DNA from: a virus
Direction: 5' to 3' (one strand)
DNA length: 64,000 bases
IMG/VR virus record: IMGVR_UViG_3300012920_000028
Location: 8,805-72,804 of that record
Positions 38,581-47,800 of this stretch are shown here, in pieces. A program made the translations under genes and the position numbers. The notes beneath the pieces were generated by a model. That model was not told the DNA's origin and did not search any database. It saw only the letters and a program-made list of their open reading frames with translations. The stretch's first letter is position 1. The number at the start of each line of letters is the position of its first letter.

Positions 38581-39195
38581 TCACGAGAGTTCGCCAATGG
38601 ACTGGCGCTGCTGAATCAATTCATGATGTTGACCGACAACGCATCCGATGACGCGCCACTTCTCGGCACCCGCGATGGTGGAGTTGCCGTAGGTGGCGGC
38701 GCCGCCGACGACGCGGTGGGCGCACACGATGGTCTTCTCGGGCTCGACGACGATGGGCTCTTCATACCAGACGAAGGGCTCTTCGAGGACCTCGAAAATC
38801 TGCTGGTCGACCACGGGGGTCTCGATACCGGAGATGCGCCACTGGTGCTCGGTCACAAGCAGGGGGGTCACGGGGTACTGGATGCCCATGAGGACGTAGT
38901 AGAACTCTTCCAGAGTTTTGAAGTCGAGAACGCGCTGCGCCCAGCCGAAGCCGTCGACGGTCACGCTGTTGGGGGCACCGGTGCTGCCCGAAGAGGGCAC
39001 CAACCACTGGCCGAAGGTCCCAAGCACGGAAAATTGGTCTGCGCGGAGCACACCCTTTCCGTATTCGCCCTTGGGCCAAACGCCCTTGTTCTCAAAGCCC
39101 CAGTGGGGGTAGTTCGCCTTGACCTTCTGGTCGATTCGTGCAAGGTAGTCGCTGATGACGGCCGTGGGGCGGTCATAGTACGGTCGTAGTTCCAT
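38581..39195 (-). CDS. Candidate single jelly-roll major capsid protein
   Basis: 204 aa with strong codon bias and its own TATA-like box. FVWYEEPIVVEPEKTI and WRVIGCVV resemble jelly-roll strands. Confidence 0.55.
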   Translation of the reverse strand: MELRPYYDRPTAVISDYLARIDQKVKANYPHWGFENKGVWPKGEYGKGVLRADQFSVLGTFGQWLVPSSGSTGAPNSVTVDGFGWAQRVLDFKTLEEFYYVLMGIQYPVTPLLVTEHQWRISGIETPVVDQQIFEVLEEPFVWYEEPIVVEPEKTIVCAHRVVGGAATYGNSTIAGAEKWRVIGCVVGQHHELIQQRQSIGELS

Positions 39196-39347
39196 TCAAT
39201 TCACTTCCTGTTTTGTTTTTTTAGTGCCCATTGTGTTGCGGGCATTTCGCGGTAGCGACACACCCTATATGAAGAGCCGCAGGAATTCGTTAAACATCTG
39301 TTCACGGGTGCGAACGTCTATATTCACGATGAAGCGTCCGCGCTTCA

Positions 39348-39539
39348 ATGGGAGAGGATTCCGAGCCGCGAAAGACCCGAACAATCGGGGTCCGCGTGGA
39401 CGAACACCTGTTCCAACTTCTCCTACGGGAAGCAAGCGCCCGGGGGGAAACCGTAGCCAACTACGTTCGCTCTTCAGCGAAAATGCGCGCTACCGGTCGC
39501 CTTATCGAAACCGAGCGAAAGAAATTCAACGAGTATTGA
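39348..39539 (+). CDS. Ribbon-helix-helix transcription regulator
   Basis: TIGVRVDEHLFQLL...ARGETVANYVR. Divergent from the capsid gene. Confidence 0.75.
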   Translation: MGEDSEPRKTRTIGVRVDEHLFQLLLREASARGETVANYVRSSAKMRATGRLIETERKKFNEY

Positions 39540-39561
39540 CCTTTGTGGGAGGAAGGTCTCG

Positions 39562-39909
39562 ATGCAGCACACCCCCGTACATATGGTTCTCCTTCGTGGC
39601 GGCGTTCACACTGAAGTCACGTTCACCACAAGAGAGGGCTGGCCCGTCACCGTGGAAGCATTGTGCGACACGGGTGCTTCTTCTTCGTCAATTGATTCCC
39701 GTCTTGCAGATTTCATCGGAGTGGAGTACACAGGCACCGTCGTCAACGTCCGCAACGCAAACGGAAAGAAGAAGCGAAAGGTCTGCCTTGCGACCTTTGA
39801 TTGCGAAGCCGGAGTGTTCGAAGGGCGATTCACCGTCAGCGACAGGAGCAAACTGAGTAATCCGGTCATCATCGGGAGAGACATCTTGTTCTACAAGGAA
39901 GAACGGTAG
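39562..39909 (+). CDS. Retropepsin-like aspartic protease (RimK-associated type)
   Basis: ALCDTGASSSSID and DRS....PVIIGRDIL. Confidence 0.85.
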   Translation: MQHTPVHMVLLRGGVHTEVTFTTREGWPVTVEALCDTGASSSSIDSRLADFIGVEYTGTVVNVRNANGKKKRKVCLATFDCEAGVFEGRFTVSDRSKLSNPVIIGRDILFYKEER

Positions 39910-39911
39910 CC

Positions 39912-40901
39912 TCAGTAGGTCAGCGAGAAAATCGGGAACGTGTTGGGGGTTGGGGCCGGGGCGTCCCTACCTTCCAATACAACAGGTGGTGAAGGCGAAC
40001 CCGAGATGCCCTGTGTCCCGCCGAAGACCGTAGTGACGTAAATGGTGCGCCCATCGGCGGACCAATCGAAGCCACCAATGCTCTCAGCCACACCTGCGGG
40101 AGAGTACACCGGGCCGAGAATCCTTTCCCCGATGTAGGTGCTGAGGTCGAGCGTGTAGGTTGGGCTTGCCCCCATAGTGCTAACGTCGTAGGGAGTGGAG
40201 AGGGCGTACTCTCGAATGGCTTTGTTCTGTGAGACGAAAATCTTGGTGCCGTCGTCATTGAATTTCACGCCCGTGATGTTCCCGTTCGTGTTGGCATCGC
40301 TGATGTTCTTTGTAGCAATTGAGGTCACGGAAGACAGGCTGTGCGCAGTGTTGCAGGTGTAGGAACGAATCCGATTGTTCGTGGAAGAGGTAGCCGTCGC
40401 CATCACGGCCTTCGTTCCGTCACTATTCCAAGCCACGGCCTGAATACCTGCCCCAAGTGGGCTGGAGATGTTCCCCCGAGAGGTGAGCGTGCTGGTGATG
40501 TCTTCAGCGGTCGCATAGCCACCCGCGCGGGCACGCTGGTCAACCCAACCACCACCGATGATGTACTCTCCGGTCTTGTCGATGTGAATGTCGCGAATCT
40601 GATTGAAACCGAGGCCGGAAATGTCGTCCACTTGAAGAACTACGCCGTCGTTGTTGTTGATTGCGAGTTTCCGAATCTGTTCGGTCCCCGAATCGTACGT
40701 TCCACCACTACCTGTGTTGGAAATGTAAAAGTTCGCGGCGGTGACGCCAATACCCGTAATGATGTTCGTTCCGCCCGGAGCGTCCTGCGTCATGTTGTAA
40801 TTGATGCCCACAGGGGAAACACCGTCGAACTGGGAGAGGTCGAATGGTGAAGCCGAGTTCGCCTTCTGTTCAGCACACGAACCGGCAATCGCGTTGTACA
40901 T
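39912..40901 (-). CDS. Beta-propeller-like putative receptor-binding/spike protein
   Basis: Repeated blades AWNSDGTK, KFNDDGTKIFV, DWSADGRTIYV and YALSTPYDVST. Confidence 0.7.
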   Translation of the reverse strand: MYNAIAGSCAEQKANSASPFDLSQFDGVSPVGINYNMTQDAPGGTNIITGIGVTAANFYISNTGSGGTYDSGTEQIRKLAINNNDGVVLQVDDISGLGFNQIRDIHIDKTGEYIIGGGWVDQRARAGGYATAEDITSTLTSRGNISSPLGAGIQAVAWNSDGTKAVMATATSSTNNRIRSYTCNTAHSLSSVTSIATKNISDANTNGNITGVKFNDDGTKIFVSQNKAIREYALSTPYDVSTMGASPTYTLDLSTYIGERILGPVYSPAGVAESIGGFDWSADGRTIYVTTVFGGTQGISGSPSPPVVLEGRDAPAPTPNTFPIFSLTY

Positions 40902-40907
40902 CAGTCA

Positions 40908-41411
40908 TCACCCGAGGACGACCCAGTTGTTGGAACCAATGGCGATAGCAGTTGCCCCGTTGTAGGTGCCGAGGGTGAAATCCGAGGCCGCCCCGTTGAT
41001 GTTGTTTCCGTTGCGCCCAATGGTGATGTCGCCGCTGGTGACGTTCAACACAGTGTAGTGCTCCCCCGCGGTTGAAGTGGAAGGAAGATTCACAGTCCCC
41101 GAGGACCCCGAATAGATGAGGTATCTTCCCGCGTGAGTTGCTTCAACCAAGGCGAGTGGGTCCGTCGAAGAGGAAACCGTAGGGAGGCGACGCGCGACGA
41201 AGGATTTCCCAGCGGCAACAGTGACGTCACCCGTAAGGTCAAGCGTGGATTCATCTTGAACAGCCGTCACGATGTCTGCGTTCTCAAGGTTGAGAAGCGT
41301 CTTGACCTCGGCTTCTGTGATTCCGCTTTGGAGGGCAGGCGTACCACTGCTGTCGACCAGCGCTGGTGTATCGCCGCTGCCGCTACCTGAAGGCGGATTG
41401 AACCGAGGCAT
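40908..41411 (-). CDS. Putative spike/fibre protein
   Basis: C-terminal TVNLP...GEHYTV.N...GNNING...NNWVVLG, as in phage fibre domains. Confidence 0.65.
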   Translation of the reverse strand: MPRFNPPSGSGSGDTPALVDSSGTPALQSGITEAEVKTLLNLENADIVTAVQDESTLDLTGDVTVAAGKSFVARRLPTVSSSTDPLALVEATHAGRYLIYSGSSGTVNLPSTSTAGEHYTVLNVTSGDITIGRNGNNINGAASDFTLGTYNGATAIAIGSNNWVVLG

Positions 41412-41436
41412 GTCATCACCATGGAACTTGTCGTCA

Positions 41437-41528
41437 TAAGGCCTCCGCCGAGGCCCCGCGGTAGCGGACGTAGCATGACGCCACCGAGGGGTCCGGGGTC
41501 AGCCCCGCCGAGGCGGGGTGAGGCCTTG
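41437..41528 (-). other. GC-rich multibranch RNA structure in an intergenic region
   Basis: AAGGCCTC/GAGGCCTT outer stem enclosing CCCCGC/GCGGGG, CCCCG/CGGGG and CGGTGGCG/CGCTACCG. Confidence 0.6.
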
Positions 41529-41535
41529 GTCGGAC

Positions 41536-41772
41536 TCAGAATCGCTTGCTGGCACCGACGCCGAGCGTCGCCGCTGCTCCGAGGAGGAGGGCGAGGTGAC
41601 CGACGTCAAGACCGGCGACGACCTGCGTGTTCAAGGTCTTGGCCAGCGGGTTGCCCCGAGCGGGGAAACCGATAGCACCCGACAAACCGAGCAGCAAGAG
41701 TGCATGCCCGTAGTCGAAACCGAACGCGAAGTCCTTGTTGAGGCTCTTCATGAGATTGCCGTATGCGCCCAA
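41536..41772 (-). CDS. Small abundant membrane protein
   Basis: Two GHxxLLLG hydrophobic helices and strong codon bias. Confidence 0.7.
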   Translation of the reverse strand: MGAYGNLMKSLNKDFAFGFDYGHALLLLGLSGAIGFPARGNPLAKTLNTQVVAGLDVGHLALLLGAAATLGVGASKRF

Positions 41773-41781
41773 GAAACCACC

Positions 41782-42825
41782 TCAGAAGAGGTTGATGTCC
41801 TTGCCGCCGAGACCGAACATCTCGCCGTGGGCACCTGCGTGCATTCCTGCGTGCATTCCAGCGTGCATACCGTCGTGGTAGCCGTGGGTCATGCCGAACA
41901 TTGGCTCATCAATCACCGAAGGCGAGTTGCCGAGGAGACCGAAGCCAGCGATGCCGTTGACCGCGGTGAGACCGCCGCCCGAGACCGAGATGCTCGGGAG
42001 GAAGTTCAGACCGGCCGCACGGCCGAGTTGGAGAGCCGCGGGGAGCATGGCCGCGATGGTGAAGGCACCAGCGGTGGCGTTGCTCACGTTGAGGAACTGC
42101 TTCAGCGCGTAGCCAGCGAAGCCGGCCACGGCGATGCTGCTGACCGCACTGCGCATTGGGGTCGCGGTGAGTCCGATGTCCAAACCGACCTTGCTCAGGG
42201 CGGCTTCGACGTAGGCGGGCAGCGACGCGGAGAGGTAGAGACCGGAGCCGAGGGCGACCATGGTCTCGAACTTCATGATGTGCGAGCGGGTCCAGTTCAG
42301 GCCCTTGCTGAAGAAGCCAGTCATCTTCGAGCGCGTGGTGCGGCGGCGAGAGACGGTGCGGCGCGAAGCGGTGCGGCGGCGAGCAGGGGACTTGCGGCGG
42401 CGGCGCGTAGTCTTGCGGCGAGCAGGGGACTTGCGGCGGCGCGTGGTCTTCTTGCGGCGCGTCGTCTTGCGGCGAGCAGGAGACTTGCGGCGGCGCGTCG
42501 TCTTGCGACGAGCAGGTGCCTTGCGGCGACGGGTCGTCGTCTTGCGACGGGTCGTCTTGCGACGAGCGGGCGCCTTGCGGCGACGGGTCGTCGTCTTGCG
42601 ACGCTTAGAGGTCGCCTTGCGCTTCGTCGTCTTGCGACGGGCGGGCGCCTTGCGGCGTCGGGTGGTCGTTTTGCGCCGCGTGGTGCGGCGCGCCGGCGCC
42701 TTGCGGCGCGCGGTCGTGCTACGTCGGGAGACCTTTCGTCGGGCCATGTTCTTCACTTTCCTTTTTGTTGTAGTACGCCTCTTCGAGCCCACGGGGTTCA
42801 CGATTACGAGTTCCTCGAGAGCCAT
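41782..42825 (-). CDS. Protamine-like Arg/Lys/Thr-rich DNA-condensing protein fused to membrane helices
   Basis: About 140 aa of RRKAPARRKTT-type repeats, about three hydrophobic helices and a tail with GMHA repeats. Confidence 0.8.
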   Translation of the reverse strand: MALEELVIVNPVGSKRRTTTKRKVKNMARRKVSRRSTTARRKAPARRTTRRKTTTRRRKAPARRKTTKRKATSKRRKTTTRRRKAPARRKTTRRKTTTRRRKAPARRKTTRRRKSPARRKTTRRKKTTRRRKSPARRKTTRRRRKSPARRRTASRRTVSRRRTTRSKMTGFFSKGLNWTRSHIMKFETMVALGSGLYLSASLPAYVEAALSKVGLDIGLTATPMRSAVSSIAVAGFAGYALKQFLNVSNATAGAFTIAAMLPAALQLGRAAGLNFLPSISVSGGGLTAVNGIAGFGLLGNSPSVIDEPMFGMTHGYHDGMHAGMHAGMHAGAHGEMFGLGGKDINLF

Positions 42826-42983
42826 CAGAGACGCCTGAATGCCCTTCACCGACTTCCCGTATATGAAGAAAATGAGGTCCTATGTTGCGCTATATGATAC
42901 GCATACCTCAAATCAAGGGTCCGGTATTCGGAAATCGAGACTGAAGGAACCTTCATACCCGCGTCGTCCGTGCCTTCGGACGG

Positions 42984-43244
42984 ATGTCCAATCGTCACGC
43001 CGTCCGGGCTCGTAAAATCCCGGTCAGTGTGACTCTTTCACCCGACGACTATGACTTTCTCGAAATGCTCGTCAACACGAGGCGTGTAGCAACAAGAACT
43101 CACGCTATCGAGCGTGCTGTTCAGTTGCTCAGGGAAGAGTTCCAGATGATGCAGTCATTGATGGCCCAACAGAGAGGAATGACCGGAGTCCCTCCACAAG
43201 CGCAGCAGCAACCGCCGAATACGCATCGTCGTCCTCCTCATTGA
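42984..43244 (+). CDS. RHH/CopG-like regulator
   Basis: PVSVTLSPDDYDFLEMLV.....TRTHAIERAV. TATA-like box about 26 nt upstream. Confidence 0.7.
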   Translation: MSNRHAVRARKIPVSVTLSPDDYDFLEMLVNTRRVATRTHAIERAVQLLREEFQMMQSLMAQQRGMTGVPPQAQQQPPNTHRRPPH

Positions 43245-43710
43245 CCTCGATGAGAAGTGAGGGCGTATCGAAAAGGATGCTCGCCACGTTCGTCAGGTAG
43301 TTCTCAAACCCCGCGGCTTCGGTGAAATTGGAAATGCCGTCTTCTTCGAACTGCTCCGTCATAGAAGCGAGCAGTTGTGGCTCCGTCACGGCGGGAATCG
43401 CGAACATCACGACCGTTGATTGCCCCCATTCTTCGAGGTTATACCCATGCACAGTTTCTCCTTCCACGAATGGGAAGGAATGAATGTCCAAGTGCACGTT
43501 TGCTTTGGGGAGCAATTCGAAGAACTTCTTTGTGAAGGTAGTGTCGTTCGGGCGGTTAAGGTCGATGACCTCGCGGGGGATTTCCCCGACGAGACTTTCG
43601 AACTCAAGACCTTCTTCCGTGAGCGCCCTCTCAAGAATCGGGCGGATGATGGTTGAGCCGAAGTCATACTGTCCGCTTGGCGCGGCGTGGGGGAAGGTCA
43701 GGAGAATCAT
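43129..43710 (-). CDS. Zn-dependent hydrolase, N-formylglutamate amidohydrolase / M14 peptidase-like fold
   Basis: TFPHA...D, R..IDLNR, LDIHSF, LLIEV. Confidence 0.7.
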   Translation of the reverse strand: MILLTFPHAAPSGQYDFGSTIIRPILERALTEEGLEFESLVGEIPREVIDLNRPNDTTFTKKFFELLPKANVHLDIHSFPFVEGETVHGYNLEEWGQSTVVMFAIPAVTEPQLLASMTEQFEEDGISNFTEAAGFENYLTNVASILFDTPSLLIEVNEEDDDAYSAVAAALVEGLRSFLSVGPSMTASSGTLP

Positions 43711-44426
43711 CTGTTCAGCCGCAGACGCTTGACCGATTTTACGCTACCGCCAGCGTTCCTTGGTTTCTCGTCACCAATCGGCCGACACTTGTTCCATGTT
43801 CCTGTCCCGTGCGTACTGTAGTACCAGTACTTGTATTCGGGGCTCGCGAAGAAGGGAACGTGTTCAACGTAGTGTTCGAGGTTGCGGCTCTTGAGGTAGT
43901 CGGGGCGGTCGTCAATCCTGAACACTACCTTGTTCTCGGATTGGCTCCATACCGTTTCCGACATCAACTGAAGACGTTGAGTCATTCCGATACCGACGAT
44001 TCCCTTTCCGGCGCCGACGAGCCACAGTTGCTCGATGCCGTCGTTGGTCCCCTTTCGGACGAAGGTCTGGATTTCGTCAATGGCGATGATTCGACGAATC
44101 CGCTTGAAACCCGGCTTATTGGAAACCATGAACACACGTTCGATGACCTTATTCAGCGCCGCTACTCTCTCTTCCTTTCCTACGGGTGGGTGGAAGACAA
44201 TGGAAGGTGTCTTGGAAAGGAGAGCGGCATAGACCTCCATTGGAGTCTTGCACACACGTCCGAGGTCCGTGATTTCTGCCTTGGGGTCCACAAAGATTGT
44301 GTGAAGGCCGTCCTTCTGAAAACGCTTGAACATCTCGGAGACGAAATACGTCTTGCCGCTGCGGGTCATTCCGAGAACTGCGGTATGTCGCTTCTTCATG
44401 TTCTCATAGAGCGCGTTTGAGACCAT
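43707..44426 (-). CDS. FtsK/HerA-superfamily genome packaging ATPase (A32/P9-like)
   Basis: Walker A GMTRSGKT, FVDPK, Walker B IAIDEIQ, MTQR and SQS..KVVF in a stand-alone ~240-aa protein. Confidence 0.85.
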   Translation of the reverse strand: MVSNALYENMKKRHTAVLGMTRSGKTYFVSEMFKRFQKDGLHTIFVDPKAEITDLGRVCKTPMEVYAALLSKTPSIVFHPPVGKEERVAALNKVIERVFMVSNKPGFKRIRRIIAIDEIQTFVRKGTNDGIEQLWLVGAGKGIVGIGMTQRLQLMSETVWSQSENKVVFRIDDRPDYLKSRNLEHYVEHVPFFASPEYKYWYYSTHGTGTWNKCRPIGDEKPRNAGGSVKSVKRLRLNR

Positions 44427-44893
44427 GCTACAACACCAGCACCAACGGCGAGAAGACCAAAGAGACGGCTCGGAGGGACGGCCATAAAGGACTCGGCGTA
44501 GGCCGGGAAGTTCTCCTTGAACCGTTGGCGAAGGTTGTTGTTGTCGGTCACCCGAAGCCATGCTACCGGGTTCATGACGTCGGGGTTCACGCCGCCGGTG
44601 TGCTTCAAGCCGAGAGCGTGACCGTATTCATGGGCGAGCAGGTCGAGGTTCCCCTTCGCACCGCTTCGCACCGTAATGGTGTTTCCAATGGTGACCCCTT
44701 GAGGGAAGTAGCCACGGTTCAAGATGTTGTAAGAGGCACGCGCCATGTCCCCTGCGTACCATTCCTGAATCTCTCCACTCGCGTGAATCGCGTTCACGTA
44801 TTGCGACCAATGTGCTTCGCTGAGGGTAGCAATCCGGACACCATCCTCGCCTACCGCGATAACGCGGAAAGAAGAGAACGATTCCGGCGTCAT
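44396..44893 (-). CDS. Metzincin-type Zn metalloprotease with C-terminal membrane anchor
   Basis: HEYGHALGLKH plus Met-turn (DVMNP). C-terminal LFGLLAVGAGVVAW. Confidence 0.85.
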   Translation of the reverse strand: MTPESFSSFRVIAVGEDGVRIATLSEAHWSQYVNAIHASGEIQEWYAGDMARASYNILNRGYFPQGVTIGNTITVRSGAKGNLDLLAHEYGHALGLKHTGGVNPDVMNPVAWLRVTDNNNLRQRFKENFPAYAESFMAVPPSRLFGLLAVGAGVVAWSQTRSMRT

Positions 44894-44897
44894 GTGT

Positions 44898-47800
44898 TCA
44901 CCACTCGAACATGTTGAGGAACTCGTCCTCGTCTTCCTCCACCCAGTCGTGCCTTGAGGAGTTTTCCTTGATGAGACCCGCTTTGACCGCAAGACTGTAG
45001 TCGCCCATTTTCTTCCCGTCTTTCATGACGGTGTTTCCGAGCGTGACGAAGGAATAGACGCGGCCGGACGCCCATTGGTGCTGCTGAACACCGGGACGGT
45101 GACCGGTGCGCCACGCCGCCAAACCCTTGTCGTACACCTTCTCAAGAATCGCCTTGTCGACACCTGTCGTCTTCGACATGCGGGTGAGGAAGGAGCCCTT
45201 CCCCTTCAAGGGACCATACAAGCGAGCGAACTTGGTTCGGTACTTGGAAGGCGTGGTTTTCATTCCCCGCGCCGTAGCCTTGATGTCCGATTTCCAGAAT
45301 TCGTACGCTTTCGGGTCGTTCACGTCGTACTTGTAGCCTTGGTCAATCTCGTACTCGGCAATCGCCTTCTCGACAGATGTCAGGCCTTTCAGGTACTTGG
45401 AAGGAATCTTCTTTCCACCGGGAGTACGGGGGTTCGGGCGAGGAAGATTCGACAGTTGCGTAATCGAAATGGTTTGGGCCGTGAGGGCTGAAGGGTAGGA
45501 AACGTCAGAAGGGAACCATGGGTTCGGGCGAGGAAGGTTCTCCTTCATCCAAGCATACGTCTTAGGTGCCTTCTCCTTGAGTTTGGCGCGGCCTTCGCCG
45601 ATACCGGGGATGAAATAGACGCGGGAATACAGGGGGGCGCGAAGCCTGATTTCATCGAGGTCCTCCTGCATTTTACGGATGTTCTCGGCGTATTCCTTGT
45701 CTGTGTAGTACGCTCCGGGCTTCGTGTGCGGCGCTTTCTTGGTTCGGAAACCAATGGTGTTCTTCTCGTCGCGGATTTTCGCTTGACCGCCCTTTCCCTC
45801 ACGCTTGTCGTTGTCGCCGAAGACGAAGAGGACCTCGGGGTGGTTCCGGACATATGTCGGAGTGATTTTCTTTGGTGGGTTGTCTTTCACTTCGCTTATG
45901 TTTTTCGCAGGTATTGTTTCTGGTGTGGTCCATTCCATACCGTTCAATGTGAGGTCAAGTGTTTCGGGAACCGATATTTCAAGTAAGGCAAAATCCTCAT
46001 GGTTGGGCATCTTGGTTTTCCAAAACAATGCTTCTTCTTTTTTTGAAGCAAGGTAAATTCTTGGTTTGAATGATTGGATGTATTCTTCAAACTTCATGTC
46101 CGGCGCTATCAAGTTTTTTTCTTTAGCAAATTCGTACAATTGGCCTTTCAATGCTCTTGTAAGTGGGCCATGTTGTGGAACAAGGCCATTTTTCTTGATG
46201 CTTGGTAGGTGTTCTTTCAATGTGAGATGGTACAGTTTTTTCGGCATCGGCAACTCTTCACCTCTTACGCTTTTGGCTGGGTTCTTCTTCGGACCCATCA
46301 ACACAGGCACTTTGCCGTACTTGCGCTTCTCCGTCATCCCAATCCACGGAACGTCGGGGCACGGAGGCATTCGGGAGATGTCGTGCTTGCGCGCCCAGCG
46401 CCACGGGTCGTGTCCCCACACCCACAGGCCGAGGAGGCGCCGTGAGACTTGGTTCTGCGTCTTCTGCTCGCGCACGAGGGGGCCTTTCTGGTCAGCGTTG
46501 TAGGGGAACGCGCCGTGGCGCTTCACGAAGCGCACCTGACGCTTGCACCAATCCCAATCGGTTTCTCCGTCGAGTGGGTCATCGGACGGGCCAGTCCATT
46601 CCTTCATGGCCTTCTCATAGTAGTTCTCGATGATGCGTGGCCCGATTTTGATGTAGTCCTTCGGGCCGGTCAGGCCGAGTTTGGCGCGCATTTTGAGGAT
46701 GCGACGGCCGCTCACACGCCCACTCTTGATGCCCTGAGCGTCTGCTTCTTCTTTGGAGAGACCGGCCTTCTTCCCGAGGGGAGAATCAAGGAACGCCTTC
46801 AGTTCCTTGTTCTTCATGTTGATGAGATGAACCCACTCCTCGAACCACTCGAAGAGTTCCTTTGGTGGGTTTTCAATTTCCCACGGCTCTTCCCCCGGTT
46901 CCCATTCCAAGTGGTTTTCCATCTGGTGTCTTGTCCATACAGGGTACTTCTTCTTTGGTTCCCACACTCGATAGGGCTTTTGAGCCGGGTCAGACCATGG
47001 CTTAAGGTTCCCACCACCTGCCGGGGAATAGAAGGAGCGACGGTACTTTTCTCGGGCCTGCTGGTCGAGGAAAAAGAACTCCACCCGTTCGACCTTCAGG
47101 TTCACGTCATCATCAGGGTTGAGTTCTGATTCTGTGGGGCCGAAGGAGAAGTTGTTCCGGAGGGTCGAAATCCAATTGATGTCTTGGAAGGGGAGGCGTG
47201 CTACGATGAGGACTTGGTTGGCGTGAGGGAAAAACTGCGCGACCGAAGTTCGTGTTTGAACGAACATGTCTGCTTTCTTCTTATCGGTGGTCCATGCACT
47301 GCCAAGTCCGTGCGTCTGCCATGACTCTTCGAGTTCTTCGCTCGAAGCGGGAGACCAAATCGCACGGTAGATGGGTATGGAGTCCCTCGAACCATACAGC
47401 GATTTCCAATGTTCAAACAAGTGTTCGAGGAACCTTTTGCCGGAAGAGCCGGTGTAGCCCCAGCGGCGGAAGTTCCTCTTCATTTCCTTTTTGTTTTCTC
47501 TTTCCACGAAACGCAGCAGACCTTCCAAACCACTTGATGTAAGGACGTCCTTCAATCGGATTCCTTCAGGTGGGTTCCCCATCGGGAGGGCAGAAGAGTC
47601 AAGCAAAGCGGAGAACCTTTCGGCTTGAGCATTTGGAACAAGGACATGTGTCCGGTTCTCAACCGGAGAGCGAATCGTCCCTTCAGGGAGGTAGGAGTCG
47701 TTGAAGTACGAAGGGATGGCGAAAGCACTGTAGTCGCCACTATCCGCCATGTTGTTGAAGGAAATGATGCGGCGGCGTAGTTCCCTGTAATCCCTTTCAG

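Noticed and set aside
37216-39189. 657-aa plus-strand ORF
   Set aside because: Antisense shadow of two strongly codon-biased minus-strand genes. It has no motifs or RBS.
42330-42740. Repeat array as a possible CRISPR
   Set aside because: Degenerate in-frame coding repeats without unique spacers. No cas operon; the lone PD-(D/E)XK nuclease is not sufficient.
41518-42897. 459-aa and 192-aa plus-strand ORFs with RRLAA/RRVVL repeats
   Set aside because: Antisense readings of the Arg-rich repeat gene.
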